From: an uncultured virus (IMG/VR IMGVR_UViG_3300047386_000382)
Lineage: Duplodnaviria > Heunggongvirae > Uroviricota > Caudoviricetes
Virus record (IMG/VR): IMGVR_UViG_3300047386_000382
Strand: one strand, 5' to 3'
DNA length: 20,000 nt
In this document: piece after piece, positions 16,159-20,000 of the stretch
How the letters are laid out: every line of letters starts with the position of its first letter
How positions within the stretch are numbered: the first letter of the stretch is position 1
Made by a program: the position numbers and the translations under genes
The notes under the pieces: generated by a model
The model's database searches: none
Told to the model about the DNA's origin: nothing
The model's input: the letters and a program-made list of their open reading frames with translations, nothing else

Positions 16159-16281
16159 ATGAACTATAATGATATCATCAAACTAATTCAATTCTTTCAC
16201 TCTCATAAACTAAGTGATGAAGAGATTCAAGATAGAGAGTATTTAATGGACTTATACGATAACTTTAAAGAAAATAACTAA
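16159..16281 (+). CDS. Small early protein (40 aa)
   Basis: MNYNDIIKLIQFFHSHKLSDEEIQDREYLMDLYDNFKENN*; 1 nt after the upstream stop. Confidence 0.65.
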   Translation: MNYNDIIKLIQFFHSHKLSDEEIQDREYLMDLYDNFKENN

Positions 16282-16300
16282 AATGAAAAAAGCCCCAAAG

Positions 16301-16344
16301 CACCCGAAGGGTGTATAGCAAATGTATAGCATTTGCGTATAGCA
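16301..16344 (+). repeat. Mini-hairpin CACCC-GAA-GGGTG plus 3x GTATAGCA
   Basis: Octamers at 16313, 16324, 16337, abutting motif copy 3. Confidence 0.8.
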
Positions 16345-16346
16345 TT

Positions 16347-16380
16347 TACAATCCTAACACGAACTACACTCGATAATATA
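16347..16380 (+). promoter_or_regulatory. Repeated early promoter-like motif, copy 3
   Basis: TACA-atccta-ACACG-aactacactc-GATAATATA. Confidence 0.75.
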
Positions 16381-16423
16381 TATGAAACGAATTTAAAAGT
16401 ATAACAATTAAAAATTATAAATT

Positions 16424-16564
16424 ATGAGTATAAATGAAAAATTAAAACAACTGTACCAACGTTATGACTTCTTGATAGATTGTGACAAATGGGTACAAGC
16501 TAAGACAGTTCAAAAAGAAATACAAGAACTTGAACTATTACGTGAAGAGTCATATACAAACTAA
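16424..16564 (+). CDS. Small helical early protein (46 aa; missing from track)
   Basis: MSINEKLKQLYQRYDFLIDCDKWVQAKTVQKEIQELELLREESYTN*; stop in motif copy 4. Confidence 0.75.
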   Translation: MSINEKLKQLYQRYDFLIDCDKWVQAKTVQKEIQELELLREESYTN

Positions 16565-16588
16565 ACACGAAGTAAAGTAGATAATATA
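16555..16588 (+). promoter_or_regulatory. Repeated early promoter-like motif, copy 4
   Basis: TACA-aactaa-ACACG-aagtaaagta-GATAATATA. Confidence 0.75.
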
Positions 16589-16614
16589 AATGTAACAAAT
16601 TAAAAATTAAAATT

Positions 16615-16866
16615 ATGTCAAATACAAATAACACACTAATCTCAAAAAGATTTATCATTCGAAAGTCTTTAATCGGTAAAAACATCAACGTCTCATTCAC
16701 AGACTACGATGGTAAAGTACACAAGTATTCACATGACAAAGTATATGAGTTATGTAAGGAAAGATTCGACAACATGAAATGTTTCCAAAAGTACAAGTAC
16801 TACTCTCAAACTTTTGCACTACCTAAGTTTGTAAGAGAGTTAGGTGATGAGGTCTTAGTAAAATAA
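16615..16866 (+). CDS. Hypothetical early protein (83 aa)
   Basis: ORF after motif copy 4, AAATTATG start. Confidence 0.8.
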   Translation: MSNTNNTLISKRFIIRKSLIGKNINVSFTDYDGKVHKYSHDKVYELCKERFDNMKCFQKYKYYSQTFALPKFVRELGDEVLVK

Positions 16867-16955
16867 GACTTCATTCAACCCGAGTGAGGTGGTCTCTGGA
16901 CGTCGGTAACCAACCCGAACTTTAATAAGACAAAGAATCCCAGTTGTAAACGTAC

Positions 16956-16988
16956 CACCCACCTGGGTGTATAGCATTGTGTATAGCA
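16956..16988 (+). repeat. Mini-hairpin CACCC-ACCT-GGGTG plus 2x GTATAGCA
   Basis: Octamers at 16969 and 16981; no promoter motif directly adjacent. Confidence 0.8.
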
Positions 16989-17045
16989 GTGAGGTAACGA
17001 AAAGTAAAGTAACGAGCGGATCGGAAGCAATCAGTGACGTAAAGT

Positions 17046-17090
17046 GCGACACTAGCCTGTTATTAATAATACTTAACTAGCTAATGTCAC
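17046..17090. repeat. Dyad element copy 2: GCGACACTAGC-N23-GCTAATGTCAC
   Basis: Imperfect inverted repeat around an AT-rich core, nested in GAAGCAAT...ATTGCTTC; resembles 15316-15361. Confidence 0.6.
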
Positions 17091-17184
17091 ATTTTATTGC
17101 TTCACCATTCTATTAGATGAAGAGAGAGGTGGTGTTATATCTACAACATACTTTTATATTCCATACTAACTATATATTTTTTTT

Positions 17185-17218
17185 TACAGTTTGAACACGA
17201 ATCGGTGACGATAATATA
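17185..17218 (+). promoter_or_regulatory. Repeated early promoter-like motif, copy 5
   Basis: TACA-gtttga-ACACG-aatcggtgac-GATAATATA. Confidence 0.75.
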
Positions 17219-17242
17219 TATGAAACATTAAAACACATTACT

Positions 17243-17380
17243 ATGACAAAAAGTATAAACCTTACTGAAAACGATTGTACTTTCGTACATTATGTATTAC
17301 GCCACTATGCTAAGACCACACCGAACTTAGACAGTGAAGACAGAGAAGAGATCTATGAAGTAGCAAGTAAATTCAAGTGA
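17243..17380 (+). CDS. Small early protein (45 aa; missing from track)
   Basis: MTKSINLTENDCTFVHYVLRHYAKTTPNLDSEDREEIYEVASKFK*. Confidence 0.75.
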   Translation: MTKSINLTENDCTFVHYVLRHYAKTTPNLDSEDREEIYEVASKFK

Positions 17381-17381
17381 T

Positions 17382-17564
17382 ATGAGTAAATTCAAACAAA
17401 ATTTAAAAACTACACTTAATATGATCGGTTTAGAAGAGCTAAACAAATATATAGACTGGGACGGTTTAGTCAAGGACTATAACCTGAAGAGTGGCGATGT
17501 ACCACTGCACGACCTAGTAGAGTTAGAACGAATAATAGAAACGTATATTAAAACAAATCAGTAA
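17382..17564 (+). CDS. Hypothetical early protein (60 aa)
   Basis: Tightly packed ORF in cassette 5. Confidence 0.75.
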   Translation: MSKFKQNLKTTLNMIGLEELNKYIDWDGLVKDYNLKSGDVPLHDLVELERIIETYIKTNQ

Positions 17565-17566
17565 TT

Positions 17567-17764
17567 ATGAACAGTATAAAATTTTTAAAAGAGAATAAGA
17601 TACGATTGAACGGTATAGTTTACAAACCTTACCTGATCGGTAACCTACCACCGAGCTTTGCATTCAAAGAAAAGTGGTCAACAGACAACGACGGTAATGA
17701 CTATGTAGTCGAAGGTATAAACGAGTGGTTTAACTTTAAAGGATTTACCTATGTCAGTGAGTAA
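17567..17764 (+). CDS. Hypothetical early protein (65 aa)
   Basis: Tightly packed ORF, TAATTATG start. Confidence 0.75.
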   Translation: MNSIKFLKENKIRLNGIVYKPYLIGNLPPSFAFKEKWSTDNDGNDYVVEGINEWFNFKGFTYVSE

Positions 17765-17960
17765 TATGAGAGAGCTACTAGCTTACAGTGCGGCGAAGAA
17801 AACCGAACGTGCTGAAGAGTGGAATGCAGAACGGTTGCAACACGGGTATTGTAGGGGATTGAATCACCGCGAATATATGCGAATGCGAGTAAACGGTAAG
17901 TCGGTATTTCGCAAAGGTAAAGACTTTTCTCACCAACAGCGGTGGACATATACAAACTAA
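17751..17960 (+). CDS. Hypothetical early protein (up to 69 aa)
   Basis: Overlaps upstream stop; ends YTN* inside motif copy 6. Confidence 0.7.
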   Translation: MSVSNMRELLAYSAAKKTERAEEWNAERLQHGYCRGLNHREYMRMRVNGKSVFRKGKDFSHQQRWTYTN

Positions 17961-17984
17961 ATACGATTACCGAACGATAATATA
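17951..17984 (+). promoter_or_regulatory. Repeated early promoter-like motif, copy 6
   Basis: TACA-aactaa-ATACG-attaccgaac-GATAATATA. Confidence 0.75.
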
Positions 17985-18003
17985 AATGTAAAATATAGAA
18001 ATT

Positions 18004-18207
18004 ATGCCAAATATGAGTTATTGTAGGTACGAAAATACCTCGCTAGATATGCAAGATGTAGTAGATACATTATACGACAGTGATGTCACCGAAGACTTAA
18101 GTACATATGAGACACGTGGCTTAAGAACCATACTAGAACTAGCTAAAGAAATAGTAGGTATGGAAGACAAAATAGATAACATAATTGATAACCAAGAAGA
18201 GCTATGA
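18004..18207 (+). CDS. Acidic phage protein (NMSYCRYENT type, 67 aa)
   Basis: ORF after motif copy 6; N-terminal motif recurrent in phage early regions. Confidence 0.8.
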   Translation: MPNMSYCRYENTSLDMQDVVDTLYDSDVTEDLSTYETRGLRTILELAKEIVGMEDKIDNIIDNQEEL

Positions 18208-18440
18208 GCAGTATTAATATAAAATACCTTACAGTACGCGACGTATCGCTAACGGTAAGTTACTATCATCATGCCGGTGAGCCAGCGGTTATGTACAACA
18301 AAGACGGGTCAGGTCACCCAGGTGAACCACCTTCAATTGAAATACAAGCGGTATATGCAGGTGAGATAGATATCTATGAACTGTTAGATGCAGATATGTT
18401 AGACTATATAGAGAATAAACTAATAGAAATTCATTACTAA
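18204..18440 (+). CDS. Hypothetical phage protein (78 aa)
   Basis: ATGA overlap with upstream gene; GSGHPGEPP motif. Confidence 0.8.
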   Translation: MSSINIKYLTVRDVSLTVSYYHHAGEPAVMYNKDGSGHPGEPPSIEIQAVYAGEIDIYELLDADMLDYIENKLIEIHY

Positions 18441-18443
18441 ATT

Positions 18444-18611
18444 ATGTATATAACAGTATTAGATTTTAACGATGGTAAAGTATACCAATACGAAGTAGGT
18501 TCAGGTATGCTATCAGGTGAGGATTATGAAGCTTGGATGGACCAGAAAGGTCACAATATAAGTAACATTCAGTGGATGCTTCACGAAGACAGTAAAATAA
18601 TTACAAGCTAA
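18444..18611 (+). CDS. Small early protein (55 aa; missing from track)
   Basis: MYITVLDFNDGKVYQYEVGSGMLSGEDYEAWMDQKGHNISNIQWMLHEDSKIITS*; stop in motif copy 7. Confidence 0.8.
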   Translation: MYITVLDFNDGKVYQYEVGSGMLSGEDYEAWMDQKGHNISNIQWMLHEDSKIITS

Positions 18612-18635
18612 ACACGAAACACATACGATAATATA
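18602..18635 (+). promoter_or_regulatory. Repeated early promoter-like motif, copy 7
   Basis: TACA-agctaa-ACACG-aaacacatac-GATAATATA. Confidence 0.75.
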
Positions 18636-18638
18636 AGT

Positions 18639-18830
18639 ATGAGAAAATGTAAATGTAACAATATAATACCGGCGGGGCGAGTAAAGCTCGGGTACAACAC
18701 ATGCACAACTTGTTCAGACGTTGAACAGTATAGCTACGTACCCATTATCGCACATAAGACCGGTAACACTATTCAAATCGTCAGTCAGGCAACAAGTGCT
18801 GCAGTGCACCGGTCATGGCGACGTAAATGA
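18639..18830 (+). CDS. C4 zinc-finger protein, DksA/TraR-finger-like (63 aa)
   Basis: CKC-NNI-IPAGR-VKLGYNT-CTTC resembles the CxxC-x3-IPxxR-x-CxxC finger. Confidence 0.6.
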   Translation: MRKCKCNNIIPAGRVKLGYNTCTTCSDVEQYSYVPIIAHKTGNTIQIVSQATSAAVHRSWRRK

Positions 18831-18878
18831 GGGGCATCCAAGCAGGGTACACACCGGTAAATGACGTGCGGCCCCTCA
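18828..18878 (+). other. GC-rich stem-loop TGAGGGGC-N35-GCCCCTCA
   Basis: Perfect 8-bp inverted repeat, 3 nt upstream of the tRNA-like RNA; no U-tract. Confidence 0.6.
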
Positions 18879-18881
18879 ACT

Positions 18882-18977
18882 GGGCGTGAAATGGTGGGAC
18901 TGTTTACTTTGCGTTCTGAGCTTAGGCAAGACGTTCACTTAGTACAGTTGACGCAGGTTCGATTCCTGCCACGTCCA
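18882..18977 (+). ncRNA. tmRNA-like (tRNA-like-domain only) small RNA with alanine acceptor identity
   Basis: Acceptor GGGCGTG/CACGTCC with G3.U70 and discriminator A; T-arm GCAGG-TTCGATT-CCTGC; stemless AAATGGTGG D-loop; helix GACTGT/ACAGTT then 3-nt GAC linker; CCA not encoded (A-CTA). Confidence 0.75.
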
Positions 18978-18979
18978 CT

Positions 18980-19054
18980 ATGGATAAATATGACACTTTT
19001 ATATGGTTAGCGATATTCTACACTGTGTTAATACTAGTGTGGTTTTTACACTAA
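18980..19054 (+). CDS. Possible 24-aa hydrophobic membrane peptide
   Basis: MDKYDTFIWLAIFYTVLILVWFLH*; fills the gap between the RNA and 19080. Confidence 0.45.
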   Translation: MDKYDTFIWLAIFYTVLILVWFLH

Positions 19055-19079
19055 TCACAAACAAATAAAATTATTAATT

Positions 19080-19349
19080 ATGAGTGAAATAACTAACCGA
19101 CCCTATAACGGGTGGAATAATTACGCGACCTTTCGTGTTCACCACGATATACTAAACGGATATCAGTGGGATGAGGACGAAGACATATACGTAGACTTAC
19201 TAAAAGCAATAGTAGAGAATGCGGTATTTGAAAACAGCGGAGCAGTTGGTTTGATTGTAGACTATGCCAACCTGTTCCTAAATAATGTAGATTGGGAAGA
19301 ACTAGTAGAAGTATATAATTATGACAGAGAAGCAGAGCAATCAAGCTAA
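19080..19349 (+). CDS. Acidic phage protein (YNGWxNY type, 89 aa)
   Basis: YNGWNNYATF...VDWEEL pattern recurrent in phage early genes; TAATTATG start. Confidence 0.8.
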   Translation: MSEITNRPYNGWNNYATFRVHHDILNGYQWDEDEDIYVDLLKAIVENAVFENSGAVGLIVDYANLFLNNVDWEELVEVYNYDREAEQSS

Positions 19350-19581
19350 ACGAATAGCAGAGCTGAGAGATACATACGGAATTACATTCCACGGCAACTC
19401 CGATGCTATACACCTCCTCGAACGTGTCGAGCCGGTAATCCGTGACCAAATACTTGAAACAATAACTGAAGAGTTATTTGAAGACGGAATAGTTGAAGAG
19501 ACTGATGACAAGTACAGTTTATTATTGTCTGTACTATATTATGAGTTGATTTACAAATTAAACACGGATAAAAATAGATAA
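19321..19581 (+). CDS. Hypothetical early protein (86 aa)
   Basis: Overlaps upstream gene; stop is the TAA of GATAAT in motif copy 8. Confidence 0.7.
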   Translation: MTEKQSNQAKRIAELRDTYGITFHGNSDAIHLLERVEPVIRDQILETITEELFEDGIVEETDDKYSLLLSVLYYELIYKLNTDKNR

Positions 19582-19585
19582 TACA
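19552..19585 (+). promoter_or_regulatory. Repeated early promoter-like motif, copy 8
   Basis: TACA-aattaa-ACACG-gataaaaata-GATAATACA. Confidence 0.7.
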
Positions 19586-19588
19586 AAT

Positions 19589-19822
19589 ATGAAAGAGAAA
19601 TATCCAACTCTGTACCAAATGCTTAAAGATGAGTACAGAATAAATTTAATTAATAACAAAGTTAAGTGGCAATACTTAGGCGAAGCAGCCGAAGAAGCAC
19701 TTAGTAAAAACAAGTTTGTTGTAGACTTAACCGTTGGTGAGCTAGGTTATATAGCCGATATGGTAGAGTTATCAAGCTGGGACCAAATATACACAATTTT
19801 TAATTTAGAGATGCATGAGTAA
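19589..19822 (+). CDS. Hypothetical early protein (77 aa)
   Basis: ORF immediately after motif copy 8. Confidence 0.75.
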   Translation: MKEKYPTLYQMLKDEYRINLINNKVKWQYLGEAAEEALSKNKFVVDLTVGELGYIADMVELSSWDQIYTIFNLEMHE

Positions 19823-20000
19823 AAAGAAGTACATTACAGACGAGTTAATCGAAAAGCGGTTAAATAAACAAGGCCTGTCTTCATACAATGGCTATGGGGC
19901 AGAAGATGAAGATGAAGACTATAAAAAGTTATGTGAACATTATGAATTTGAACTTACCGATCAATGGAACAAGTATGTAGACTATTGGTTATATACTGAA
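19815..20000 (+). CDS. Acidic hypothetical protein (partial, 62 codons)
   Basis: MSKKKYITDELIEKRLNKQG...YWLYTE open to the window edge; overlaps upstream stop. Confidence 0.7.
   Translation, partial: MSKKKYITDELIEKRLNKQGLSSYNGYGAEDEDEDYKKLCEHYEFELTDQWNKYVDYWLYTE

Noticed and set aside
16283..16318. 11-codon ORF MKKAPKHPKGV
   Set aside because: Too short and coincides with the hairpin/repeat element; no independent support
18882..18977. Canonical tRNA-Ala(UGC) using TGC at 18910-18912
   Set aside because: No D-stem, no anticodon stem around that triplet and wrong position; architecture fits a tmRNA TLD better
15618..19585. Repeated motif as a CRISPR array
   Set aside because: Copies are 200-950 bp apart, internally variable and separated by genes; no cas genes
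15478..19618. Minus-strand ORFs in the early region (15478..15699, 16500..16700, 16855..17052, 17749..17955, 19093..19449, 19406..19618)
   Set aside because: Overlap plus-strand cassette genes and motifs, mostly non-ATG starts, implausible composition

Overview
AT-rich tailed-phage (Caudoviricetes) DNA, probably from an aquatic Bacteroidota/Flavobacteria phage. The host call rests on the lack of Shine-Dalgarno motifs, A-rich AAATTATG start contexts and a signal peptide ending in AQ. Positions 1-15252 are one minus-strand late/structural module: fibre and spike genes including a 1719-aa repetitive fibre, groEL then groES plus a second tandem GroES-like gene, a winged-helix protein, small basic proteins and a 3TM holin. 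After a non-coding strand switch (15253-15672), about 20 tiny plus-strand ORFs (many absent from the ORF track) form cassettes. The cassettes are delimited by 8 copies of a fixed-spacing motif, TACA-N6-AYACG-N10-GATAATAYA, a candidate phage early promoter. The most striking find is a 96-nt RNA at 18882-18977 shaped like the tRNA-like domain of tmRNA (G3.U70 Ala acceptor, stemless D-loop, GAC linker, T-arm) with no room for a normal tag-coding domain. It shares a cassette with a DksA/TraR-like zinc finger and a 24-aa membrane peptide. Also seen: mini-hairpin plus GTATAGCA repeat elements, a duplicated GTGAC...GTCAC dyad, a 'headless' mini-fibre and DNA-level repeats at fibre module junctions. 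All product calls come from motif recognition by eye; no searches were run.
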